Shown here piece by piece: positions 46,384-55,430 of a stretch of 64,000 nt of DNA (its first letter is position 1; the number at the start of each line of letters is the position of its first letter). The notes under the pieces are model-generated. The model did not search any database. It was not told the origin of the DNA and worked only from the letters and a program-made list of their open reading frames with translations. This DNA comes from a virus (taxonomy: Duplodnaviria; Caudoviricetes): IMG/VR virus record IMGVR_UViG_2974597119_000001, positions 1-64,000 of that record. The stretch is one strand, 5' to 3'. The translations under genes were made by a program, and so were the position numbers.

Positions 46384-47300
46384 ACCATCATCGAAGCGGC
46401 ATTCGAGCCGGGGATAAGCCCGGCCCGCTTCGATGATGGTGTCCCGCAAGGGATGGGATTGACCCACACGCAAACGTCCTTCGAGGCGGTACCCGCTGGC
46501 GACGGTTAAAGCAGCCAGCTCATCACGTCCGCCCTGGCGACGAAAAGGCCAGGACCATTGGTCCGGGGTCGCCCCCCAGCATGCCGGCGGGTCGCCGAGG
46601 AAGAACGACCGTCGATCCGGAAAACGAGGCACGGGTTCTCGGATGGCTCGCCGGCATGTGGACCGCCATGATGATGGCGCTCCTGGCGCAGTAGTGCGGA
46701 GGGACTTGTCTATCCCCGAGCCGCGTCAGGGCGCCGCCATGATGGCGAATGCCCTGACTGACGGGCACGTCCTAAGTGGCGTGGGGATAGGCATCCACGC
46801 TGCCGGTTAGATTCCGGCCGCCGTCAACGAGGAAAGCCCCGGTACGCAAGCCGGCAAGCGGAGGCAGAGCCCGCTCCGCCTCAAGCGCAGGGTCAGCGCG
46901 CCGCGCGGCTGGAAGGCCGCAAGAGTCTTCCGGACCGATCCGTCGGTCTCGGCCGCAGGCCCGGGACCCCGGGAACGAAAGCGGATGCTGAGATACCGCC
47001 CGCAAGGCGGATCATTTCAGTGCAGCGAGTAGGAGGTCGGGAGAACCGTTCCGGCGGCAGTCATGCGCGCAGGAGCAAACGTCAGACCCAGCCAATCCAT
47101 ACGGTCGGTGGAAGTCCGAGCCGGAGACGTAACCGGCACCCTGACGCGCAGCAGGCAGGCTGCGCGGTCCTATCCCAAGGATCACCGGTAGGAAGGAAAC
47201 GCCGGGCCGATGAGGGTCGCGAGCCTGAGCACAGGGGCCGACTGACGATAAATTGGGAAGCCATCGCGAGAGTGCGAGGCCCGCTTGCCGGGCCGCCTAT
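46384..47300 (+). ncRNA. Candidate giant ornate ncRNA block B (~900 nt)
   Basis: No credible ORF on either strand; dense hairpins, several with GCAA/GAGA-type loops; long-range helix ~46580-46600/46638-46660. Confidence 0.55.
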
Positions 47301-47485
47301 CGATCCAAGTTGACGGTTTCGTTACTTGACTCTCACTTCAAAAAATCGAGTCCGATCAACGGGTTAAGTCCCTGTTTGAAACCTACTTGCGCGCTTCTGG
47401 CGCACATAATCCACATGCCCATTTGCTAAATCGTGCGCGGCCACAGATTGGTCACAGAGCAACAAACCAACAGTCCACACCCATC

Positions 47486-48382
47486 ATGCGCGCACATGGC
47501 AACAATCGGATTACTGAACCTATCGTGAAGTATCGCCCAGGCACCGTGCACACAGAGCACAACGTGCACGGGCTGAGCATTCACCACGTCTCGGACGTGA
47601 CTGGGGTCGAAAACATCCTCGTCCCCGAGCACTCGATATTCCTGGTCAACACACCCGTGATCTCACTGGATACGTGGCAAGGGGAGCGCCTGCCCCCGCG
47701 CCACTGGGCTACCGGCGACGTAGCGTTTCTACCGGCCGGATCAGAAATCACATCCACCCCGGATAGACCCTACGGCAGTGCCATGATCCGCGTGAACGAC
47801 GAGGCGTTCAAAAGGGCCACGAGCTGCGACCTGCAGTACGACAGCGCCGAGCTTCGGTATGTCGGAATGTCGAACCCCATCGTCTCCCGCATCGCGACCA
47901 CAGTGGCAATTTCTCTCGTGCAGCATCCGCCATGCGCCTTGCTTGTCGATAGCCTCGCGACGACCCTGAGCATCGCAGTGCTCAACGAGATCACCGGCAG
48001 GCCCAGGAAGGAGATGAGCGGAGCCCTCTGCCCCAAGAGGAAGCAGCGCGTGATCGAGTACATCGAGGCGAATATTGGGGATCCAATCACCCTGTCCGAA
48101 CTCGCGAGCGTGGCGGCGCTCAGCCCTCACCATTTCAGCCGGTCGTTCCGTCGGACGTTCGGTGTTTCGCCAGTGCGATACGTCTGGACGCGGCGCATCG
48201 ACATGGCAAAGCGGTTGATGCGCTACTCGGCGCTGCCGCTCGCGGCGGTCGCCTTGACGTGTGGCTTCTCCAGCCAAAGCCACTTCTCGACGGCGTTCCG
48301 GGTGGCGACCGGAGTGACGCCGGCCGCCTACATGCGCACGATCACCGATATCGCGCGACCGAGGGATTCTCGAGCGACCTGA
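47486..48382 (+). CDS. AraC-family transcriptional regulator
   Basis: VIEYIEANI...LSPHHFSRSF...CGFSSQSHFSTAFR...GVTPAAY. Confidence 0.9.
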   Translation: MRAHGNNRITEPIVKYRPGTVHTEHNVHGLSIHHVSDVTGVENILVPEHSIFLVNTPVISLDTWQGERLPPRHWATGDVAFLPAGSEITSTPDRPYGSAMIRVNDEAFKRATSCDLQYDSAELRYVGMSNPIVSRIATTVAISLVQHPPCALLVDSLATTLSIAVLNEITGRPRKEMSGALCPKRKQRVIEYIEANIGDPITLSELASVAALSPHHFSRSFRRTFGVSPVRYVWTRRIDMAKRLMRYSALPLAAVALTCGFSSQSHFSTAFRVATGVTPAAYMRTITDIARPRDSRAT

Positions 48383-48414
48383 TGCGCAATCAGACGATCT
48401 GACCGGAAGAAGCA

Positions 48415-48450
48415 AGCCCCGCAGTCGTTTCCAACGTGCGGGGCTTTTTT
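48415..48450 (+). terminator. Rho-independent terminator after the AraC gene
   Basis: AAGCCCCGCA...TGCGGGGCTTTTTT. Confidence 0.8.
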
Positions 48451-48562
48451 AGGGCGCCGATAGGGCGCAGCAGCATCACTCAGAAAGAATCCAGCTTAGG
48501 CTTTCATGGCGGTCTCCGGTGACGGTTGATCAGGCGTTCACACGATGAACCGCCATTGTACA

Positions 48563-49318
48563 TCACGACCGCCAGTCAGAGATCCCCAGCTCGTCGCGCA
48601 TCACCTCGTCGACCTCATCGCCCAGGTCAGGGCGGCGAGCGGCGATGTATTGTGCCAACGCACGACTCGAGCCGCCGGCCGACTCCAGGACGCGCATCAC
48701 GTCCGTGCGCCGTAGCTGCTCGACGGAATCCGCCGCGATCTTGATCAGGTGCTCCATGTCCTCGCCGCCAGCCGGCGCCGCCGAGGCACCGATACCCAGC
48801 CGCTCGTTCAGCACGCCCGGCCGGTGATTGTCCGACACGACGCCGGCCGTGCCGAAGGAATCGAACGTCGAGCGCGGGTCCGCCTTCTCGGCCTCCTCGC
48901 GCGCGCGGTCGACGTGCGCCAGGGCCTCGTCGTGCGTGTCGAACGGGCCAGCCAGCCGCGCGACGCCACGCCCCTCTCGCGCCATCGTCACGTAATACTT
49001 CCGGCGCGGGTCGTCGTCGTCCGGGCCCTGCTTGGTGCTGCGCACAGCTTCGCGCGCCTCCGCCTCGTCGGCCATGCGGTCGTAGCCCTTGGCGTCCTCG
49101 TGGTGGCCGCGCTCGCGGTACTTCCGCGCCATGTCGCGAAAGCGCTCGGAATCGGATTGCTTCGGCGCTGGCGTGGCCGCCGGCGCCGGGAACAGCGCGA
49201 GCTGGCCGGTCGCTGCCGACGCCACCGCGCCGCCCTTGCGCTCGTGCGGCTTCACGTAGCGTCCGGCGCGCATGTAGCCGGCAACATGCGATTTCAGGAA
49301 CAGGATGACGGTGCTCAT
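48563..49318 (-). CDS. Hypothetical protein, probable virion cargo
   Basis: MSTVILFLKSHVAGYMRAGRYVKPH N-terminus; leaderless late-type promoter at 49319-49340. Confidence 0.7.
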   Translation of the reverse strand: MSTVILFLKSHVAGYMRAGRYVKPHERKGGAVASAATGQLALFPAPAATPAPKQSDSERFRDMARKYRERGHHEDAKGYDRMADEAEAREAVRSTKQGPDDDDPRRKYYVTMAREGRGVARLAGPFDTHDEALAHVDRAREEAEKADPRSTFDSFGTAGVVSDNHRPGVLNERLGIGASAAPAGGEDMEHLIKIAADSVEQLRRTDVMRVLESAGGSSRALAQYIAARRPDLGDEVDEVMRDELGISDWRS

Positions 49319-49468
49319 GCCGCGATTGTCGTTTCACGACCACACTCGCGGCGTCGCGAATCATTTTTGATCTACAATTTCACTTCACGCTTTTTCACTA
49401 CAGGGACGCGCCTCGAATACGAGACGTGACAAGAAACTCAAGTGCCGTGAACCAACGCGGCCTCCTCT

Positions 49469-50485
49469 ATGAACGATCTGAAACTTGACGGGGCAACCGT
49501 CCTGCTCGGCGACTGCATCCAGCGCCTGAAAGAACTTCCAGACTGCAGCGTCCAGATGTGCGTCACCAGCCCGCCCTACTTCGGGCTGCGCGACTATGGC
49601 GTCGACGGACAGATCGGACTCGAGGAAACGCCGGATGCGTACATCGCCAAGATGGTCGATGTGTTCCGCGAGGTGCGTCGCGTCCTCGCAGACGATGGCA
49701 CGCTGTGGCTGAACATTGGGGATAGCTACGCCAGCACTGGCGGCCAGGGCAAGCAGAGCGGACCGCAATTCGCTAATCGCGCGGTTGGCAAAGAGCACGT
49801 CACCAAAGCAGCGCGATACGTCGGCGGCGATGCAAAGCCCAAAGACCTGATCGGCATTCCATGGATGCTCGCCTTCGCCCTGCGCGCTGATGGCTGGTAT
49901 CTGCGGCAGGACATCATCTGGCACAAGCCCAACCCGATGCCCGAGAGCGTGCGCGACCGTTGCACCAAGGCGCACGAGTACGTGTTCCTGCTGTCGAAGT
50001 CGGAGCGCTACTTCTACGACGCCGAGGCGGTGAAGGAGCCTGCGGTAAGCGAAAGCCCAGCAGGAAATCGGACTCATAGAGGGGCAACCGCTGATGCCGC
50101 CGGCGAACTCGGGCATCGGACAAAGGCCGGCCTTACCGCGTTGCGTGGTGTCGAGTGGGTCACCCGCAACCGCCGCAGTGTCTGGACCGTGCCAACCCGC
50201 CCGTACAAAGGCGCGCACTTCGCCGTGTTCCCGCCTGCCCTGGTCGAGCCGTGCATCCTGGCCGGCAGCAGGCCCGGCGACGCGGTTCTCGACCCGTTCA
50301 ACGGCAGCGGCACGACCGGGCAGGTCGCCATCGAGCATGGGCGCGAATACGTCGGAATCGAACTGAATCCGGAGTACGTCGATCTCACGCGCCAGCGGTT
50401 GGACCGCGCGATCGCGGAGCGCGATGCGGCAATAGCTGCGGCATCTCCATCGCCGCAGGCTGAACTTTTCGGGAGCGTGGCATGA
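49469..50485 (+). CDS. Orphan DNA amino-methyltransferase (beta class, N4-mC/N6-mA)
   Basis: VTSPPY precedes VLDPFNGSGTT; HFAVFP. Confidence 0.92.
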   Translation: MNDLKLDGATVLLGDCIQRLKELPDCSVQMCVTSPPYFGLRDYGVDGQIGLEETPDAYIAKMVDVFREVRRVLADDGTLWLNIGDSYASTGGQGKQSGPQFANRAVGKEHVTKAARYVGGDAKPKDLIGIPWMLAFALRADGWYLRQDIIWHKPNPMPESVRDRCTKAHEYVFLLSKSERYFYDAEAVKEPAVSESPAGNRTHRGATADAAGELGHRTKAGLTALRGVEWVTRNRRSVWTVPTRPYKGAHFAVFPPALVEPCILAGSRPGDAVLDPFNGSGTTGQVAIEHGREYVGIELNPEYVDLTRQRLDRAIAERDAAIAAASPSPQAELFGSVA

Positions 50486-50721
50486 AGGTCATCCCTCGCT
50501 ACCGCAAGCGCGTCTACCCGCTGGCCGGCGTGACGGTCTACTACCTCGACCGCATCGTGCCGATGCCGCACGGCATGGGGCCGCTGCTGCTGTCGCATTC
50601 GGTCGCCATCAGCAACACCGAGATCGAGCAGGCCGAGAAAGGCCGCTCCCTCGCTGCCTACCGGCTTCTGCGCGCGCGCCGCGAGATCCGGTCCATCGAC
50701 ATCACCAGGAGAAAGGATTGA
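50482..50721 (+). CDS. Hypothetical protein
   Basis: 79 aa, overlap-coupled to both neighbours. Confidence 0.55.
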   Translation: MKVIPRYRKRVYPLAGVTVYYLDRIVPMPHGMGPLLLSHSVAISNTEIEQAEKGRSLAAYRLLRARREIRSIDITRRKD

Positions 50722-51647
50722 AAATCGACCTCGAAGCCATGAAGGCGGCCGCGCTCGCGGCCCAGCACGGCGCCGACCCGGAGCACCCGTGGGAGCTGGC
50801 CGGCCATACCGCCTACCAGCTCGAGCATGCCGGATGGCGCCGTGGCGTGGAGCAATTCCAGAACCGCATCTACGCGAGCGTGCAGCGCGGGCCCAACACG
50901 ACGGAGGCCCAGGCCAATGCCGTCGCGGCGCACATCGTCGCCGCGCAGCCCGCCGTCGTCCTGGCGCTGATCGAGCGGCTGGAGCGCGCCGAGAACGTCA
51001 TCAACAACCCGCGCCTCACCGGCCTGACCGTTCACGACAACCTCGTGAGCATGGGCCTGGAGGGCGCCGCGTGTCAGGCATTCGCCGAGGCGTTCGCGGA
51101 ACAATTCCGCCGCGCCGGGTCGGTCAACTACCTGGAGATGTCGTTCGACCACAGCGACGCGGAGATTGGCCCGCTGGTTGTGACCGTGCAGCGCAGCCAG
51201 GGCAAGACGCCGGGCGCGCTTCGCGCCGAGGCGGAAACCCGCGCCGAGCGTGCCGAGGCCGAGGCGGTCGACCTGCGCGCCGCCATCCGCAAGCAGGCCG
51301 CCGCCGCCACGATGGGCATGGACGAGGCGAAGCGCGGCGCATCAATCATGCTCAAGCGCGCCGAGGAGCTGCACGGCCAGTCCAACCCCGACGCGCTGGC
51401 ATCCGAGCGCGCCGCGAACGCCATGCTGACCGAGGAGAACGAGCGGCTGCGCGCCGAGCTCGAGGCGGCCGAGGAGCGCAATCGCATCTACAGGCGCATG
51501 ACCGGCTACTGCGTGGGCGGAGAGAAATTGACCCGCGAGGAATATCCGGGGCTGTTCTCGGCGGCGGACGAGGCCGCGAAGAACTACACCGGCGGCGATT
51601 TCAAGCTGCCGGACCTGAAAGGCCAATTCATCAAGGGGCAGTCATGA
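50718..51647 (+). CDS. Ead/Ea22-like protein with C-terminal tail-collar-like segment
   Basis: AAHIVAAQPAVVLALIERLE; coiled coil; ends YPGLF...FKLPDLKGQFIKG. Confidence 0.6.
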   Translation: MKIDLEAMKAAALAAQHGADPEHPWELAGHTAYQLEHAGWRRGVEQFQNRIYASVQRGPNTTEAQANAVAAHIVAAQPAVVLALIERLERAENVINNPRLTGLTVHDNLVSMGLEGAACQAFAEAFAEQFRRAGSVNYLEMSFDHSDAEIGPLVVTVQRSQGKTPGALRAEAETRAERAEAEAVDLRAAIRKQAAAATMGMDEAKRGASIMLKRAEELHGQSNPDALASERAANAMLTEENERLRAELEAAEERNRIYRRMTGYCVGGEKLTREEYPGLFSAADEAAKNYTGGDFKLPDLKGQFIKGQS

Positions 51648-52090
51648 ACCGTCGCGGCTTCCTAAAATCCCTCGCCGGCGCGGCCGCTGTCGGCGCCCTG
51701 CCGGGGTTGTCGTTTTCCTCGGCCCGGGCGCTCACCCGGTCGGTCGACCCTCTGCTGAGCGGTCTCCCGGAGACCGACGGTCAATGGCCGGTTGGCGTCG
51801 TGATGCCCTGGGCGACCAGGAAGCATCCCGGGATGGTCTACCTGATCAAATGCGGCCGCGCCAAATGGGAACTGGCTTATGGGCAGGATCTGCATAGCAG
51901 CGCGTACCCTGAGCTGTTCGAGGCAATCGGGCACAGCTATGGCGGATCGGGCAAGTGGTTTCGTGTGCCTGATTTGCGAGGTCAATTCATACTGCCGGCG
52001 GGCCGCCACGCGCTGACCACCAGACACCGAGTCTGTTTTCCAACGCATAAATTCCCTTACGAATCATGCGTTGTGCGCTCAAGCGCATAA
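51644..52090 (+). CDS. Tail-collar domain protein with twin-arginine-like N-terminus
   Basis: MNRRGFLKSLAGAAA; PVGVVMPWA...YPELFEAIG..YGG...FRVPDLRGQF. Confidence 0.65.
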   Translation: MNRRGFLKSLAGAAAVGALPGLSFSSARALTRSVDPLLSGLPETDGQWPVGVVMPWATRKHPGMVYLIKCGRAKWELAYGQDLHSSAYPELFEAIGHSYGGSGKWFRVPDLRGQFILPAGRHALTTRHRVCFPTHKFPYESCVVRSSA

Positions 52091-52241
52091 TCTAGGGCGC
52101 ACATAGGGCGCGGCGGCTGACAATCCATCCCAGGTTCCCACACCCTGAACTGTCCGCGCTGGCCCCACACCGGCGCGCAGGCCGCCGCGCCCACGTCGAC
52201 CATTTGCCATAACGCCCGGGTCAAGCAAGCGACTTGTTGAC

Positions 52242-52586
52242 TCAGCGCACGGGCTCCCACACCGGAACGCCGGCGGCGCGCGCAGCGTCCGCCATGTCGG
52301 CCGTGCCGCGCCCACCAGGGAACGCAACCACGCCGTCGGGCTTGAGCTCGAGCATCTTCCGATTGCGCAGCGGCCCGGCCCGCCGGCCATGCGTTGCCCA
52401 GTCGGCCGGGTGCGGGTCGCGCGGCACGCCCCGGGCACGCGCCCAGTCGTCGGCCAGGGAATCGGCGCCGCGCGCCGCGCCGTGGATCAGCAGCGTCACC
52501 GGCCGCTTCGCATGCACGCGGTCGAGCGCGGCGAAGACCGCCTCGCGGTCCGCGTAGTCGCGGCCGCCGCAGACCAGCAGCTTCAT
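52242..52586 (-). CDS. SLOG/YspA-like (DUF2493) protein
   Basis: MKLLVCGGRDY, IHGAARGAD, AGPLRN..ML and AFPGGRGT motifs. Confidence 0.85.
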   Translation of the reverse strand: MKLLVCGGRDYADREAVFAALDRVHAKRPVTLLIHGAARGADSLADDWARARGVPRDPHPADWATHGRRAGPLRNRKMLELKPDGVVAFPGGRGTADMADAARAAGVPVWEPVR

Positions 52587-54679
52587 GCGGCCTCGTCGTA
52601 GAAGTCGCAGCCGGGCGCCGTCGGCTTGGTGCGGAAATGCCGCTCGCTGCACATGCCGCTATGCTCGTCGAACGCCGAGCAGCGGCCGCACACGTTGCCG
52701 GACAGCGCCGGCAGGTCGGCCAGCGGCACCTTCACGATCTCGGCGATCTTCTCCACCACGTTGACAGTCTGCTCCATCTTCGGCGCCTCCGGCAGGATGA
52801 ACGATGTCGTGCCGTGGGCGCGGGCCCAGGCCACGTCGCACAGCATGTTGGCGTAGCTGTAGTGCGGGTCGATGCCGACCTTGAGCACCTTCATGCGCAG
52901 CTTACGCGCCTCCATGTCCTTTTTCGGGCGTCCGTTCGCGGTCTCCGACCCGTCATCGACGACGAGCGCGGTTTTCGTGAAGTGAACGAACACCCAGTCG
53001 CGCAGGAGCGGAATGCGCTTGCGCTCGCCGTCCTCGAGCACGTCCTGCACGAGATCGTCGGCCGCCGGGAACAGGCAATGGCCGTCACGCACGCGGTACA
53101 GCGCGGTCTGCATGCACTTGTACTGGTTGAGCGTCACCGAGTAGCGCGAGCGATCCTCCTCGGACGTGCGCCGGTCGGACTTCGACAGGTCGTCGCCCCA
53201 CACCATCTGGTCGTCGCGCAGGTCGGCATAACCGGCCAGGAACACGCGGCCCGGGTGCCGGTTCGCGAAGCGCCGCGCGTCGTTGACGTTGGGCAACTGC
53301 TCGACCACGCACACATCGATCTTGAACTGCCGCATGAGCTCGCTGCAGCGCTCGAACGGGTCGTTGTCGAACACAGCCTCGACATGCGCGTAAGCCTGCC
53401 GTCCATCCGGCAAGCGCTTCTTGATGACGGCCGCATTGAAGCCGCCCATCTGGTCGATACCCATGAAGTAGCTGCTCACGCCGTCGTGCTTGGCCTCCCA
53501 TTTGAGGCCGTACTTGATTCCGGCCTCCATCGCCGCGATGCAGTGCGCCATCGTCACCGGCAACTGGTCGGCGTCAATGTACGGCCGCGCCAGGGTGCGA
53601 TTGTAGAAGCTCTTTTTCTGGTTGCCGGTCTTGGCCCGCCGGAAGCCCTCGATCATCTTGCGCGGCGTCATCTTCGGGCTGATCGTGCGCGGCAGCAGGA
53701 ACGACCGGATGCGCGGGTTGGCGCCCGGGTTGGTCACGATGTAGCGGCCGATCTGCGGATCCTGAATCCAGCCGCCGCAGCTCGGGCACGTCCAGACGTA
53801 CTCGTTGACCGGCGCGCCCTCGATCTGGCCCGTGTTGTAGCCGATGGACTTCGCCGGGAAGATGCCGGCCGGGTCGGACAGGTCCGACATGGCTTTGCAG
53901 TGCGGGCATTCGGTGTGCCAAACCTCCTGCGTCCCTTCCAAGTACCAAAAATGGATGTCCAGGTCCGGCATGTTGGCCGTGGACAGCATGAGCGTGAAGG
54001 CGATCTCGGAATCGCCCATACGCGCGCGCACCTTGTCGATCTGGTCGAGGGCCATTTCCTGCACCTCGTCCAGGGTCACAATGTCCATCGGCACCGATTC
54101 GGTCGTCACCTTGCCGGTCGTCCAGAGGAACAGCAGCAGCGACTCGCCGACCTTCCGGGTCAGCACGTTGCCCTCGCCGACCTTCTGCGCGTTGCCGTCG
54201 GCATCCCGGCCGTTGACCAGCAGCTTGTAGAGGTCCGGCGCGCTCCGGACCATGCGCATGAACCGGTGCTCGGACTTGTGGATCGCGGTCGTCATCGACG
54301 GCATGAACATGCCGATGCTGACCGGATCCCACTTGCACGCCATGTAGAGGTTCGCCAGGACTTCCCACACAGTCAGGCCGAGCTGCGTCGCCTTCATGGC
54401 GATCAGCATCGCGTCCTTGGCCTCCTCGCGGGTGCTGGGGATGGCCTCGTAGATCGGCCGCAGCGCCGGACGGTTGTCCAGGCGGAACGGCTTGCCGTCG
54501 ACCTTCAGCCCCTTCTCGCCCAGGTATTCGCACCACTCGACGAACGTTTTGTCCCCGATTTCGCTGGTGTCGACGCGGAAGCCGGTCATGTGCTCGATGC
54601 GGCCGATCAGCTCTCCCAGCGTGTCGAATGGATCCTCTGCCTGCTGCGGCTGTCGGCGGCCGCGCTTCGGGAACGCCAT
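52583..54679 (-). CDS. Terminase large subunit (GpA family)
   Basis: KATQLGLT Walker A, TLDEV Walker B, STAN, CPHC/CPSC, MGIDQ nuclease, DPHY. Confidence 0.9.
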   Translation of the reverse strand: MAFPKRGRRQPQQAEDPFDTLGELIGRIEHMTGFRVDTSEIGDKTFVEWCEYLGEKGLKVDGKPFRLDNRPALRPIYEAIPSTREEAKDAMLIAMKATQLGLTVWEVLANLYMACKWDPVSIGMFMPSMTTAIHKSEHRFMRMVRSAPDLYKLLVNGRDADGNAQKVGEGNVLTRKVGESLLLFLWTTGKVTTESVPMDIVTLDEVQEMALDQIDKVRARMGDSEIAFTLMLSTANMPDLDIHFWYLEGTQEVWHTECPHCKAMSDLSDPAGIFPAKSIGYNTGQIEGAPVNEYVWTCPSCGGWIQDPQIGRYIVTNPGANPRIRSFLLPRTISPKMTPRKMIEGFRRAKTGNQKKSFYNRTLARPYIDADQLPVTMAHCIAAMEAGIKYGLKWEAKHDGVSSYFMGIDQMGGFNAAVIKKRLPDGRQAYAHVEAVFDNDPFERCSELMRQFKIDVCVVEQLPNVNDARRFANRHPGRVFLAGYADLRDDQMVWGDDLSKSDRRTSEEDRSRYSVTLNQYKCMQTALYRVRDGHCLFPAADDLVQDVLEDGERKRIPLLRDWVFVHFTKTALVVDDGSETANGRPKKDMEARKLRMKVLKVGIDPHYSYANMLCDVAWARAHGTTSFILPEAPKMEQTVNVVEKIAEIVKVPLADLPALSGNVCGRCSAFDEHSGMCSERHFRTKPTAPGCDFYDEAA

Positions 54680-55332
54680 CAGGGCCTCGCCGCCATCGTC
54701 AGGCCGCGCTTATTGTTCAGCGCGCGCAGCTTCGCCAGCACGGCCTGCTGTACCTCGGGGTCAGCCTCGCCCACCGCGTCCATGATCAATTCGTACAGCT
54801 CGCGGATGCGCTCGACGTTGTAGATGACCTCGACCGACTGCAGGTAGGTCTGCAGGATGCCCAGCCGGCGCGAGATGTTCCGGTCGAACATGGCCGGGTT
54901 GATCACCTTGACCGTGCCGTCCGGGTTCTCGCGCAGGTTCGAGCCCCGTGCCAGTTCGGCATCTTTTACGATACGATCGAAAAAGGCGAAGAAGTTGAAC
55001 GCCTTCATGACATCGCGCGGAGATGCGGCGACGACAGCCGGCGACGGCGCCGTGGGCAGGTGCGCCTTTATCCGCTCCTGGATGTGCTCGGCCGGCTCAA
55101 CCCGCTCGCGGATGCGCTTTTGAACCTCGCGCAGCTCGCCAGGGCTACCGGACATCGCCGCTTGCCCCTCCATCCGCTCGCGGGTTTCCCTGATCAGGCG
55201 CCATAAAGTCGACCGCGACACCTCCGGCCATTTCGCTTCCAGCCCTTCCCAGTTACGCGGGCCTTCGATCAAAAGGTGTTCGCGGATCTGATCAATCAAT
55301 GCGCTTTTTTGATCATCCGTAAGCCGTGCCAT
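54679..55332 (-). CDS. Terminase small subunit (putative)
   Basis: HTH-like VSRSTLWRLI; immediately upstream of TerL; late-type promoter at 55363-55378. Confidence 0.65.
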   Translation of the reverse strand: MARLTDDQKSALIDQIREHLLIEGPRNWEGLEAKWPEVSRSTLWRLIRETRERMEGQAAMSGSPGELREVQKRIRERVEPAEHIQERIKAHLPTAPSPAVVAASPRDVMKAFNFFAFFDRIVKDAELARGSNLRENPDGTVKVINPAMFDRNISRRLGILQTYLQSVEVIYNVERIRELYELIMDAVGEADPEVQQAVLAKLRALNNKRGLTMAARP

Positions 55333-55430
55333 AGAACCAGTTCCATTGTCTCAATAGTCCTGATTCTAGTGTCACGAGTCTCAAAGTCCTGAGACTGGGC
55401 CGCGCCCAGACGGGCGGGCCCATGCAGAGG

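Noticed and set aside
45215-47313. Short ORFs called across the RNA island
   Set aside because: They overlap tRNAs or tmRNA, lack SDs and have low-complexity Arg/Gly/Pro translations
49469-50485. Restriction-modification system
   Set aside because: No recognisable endonuclease nearby; an orphan phage MTase is the simpler reading
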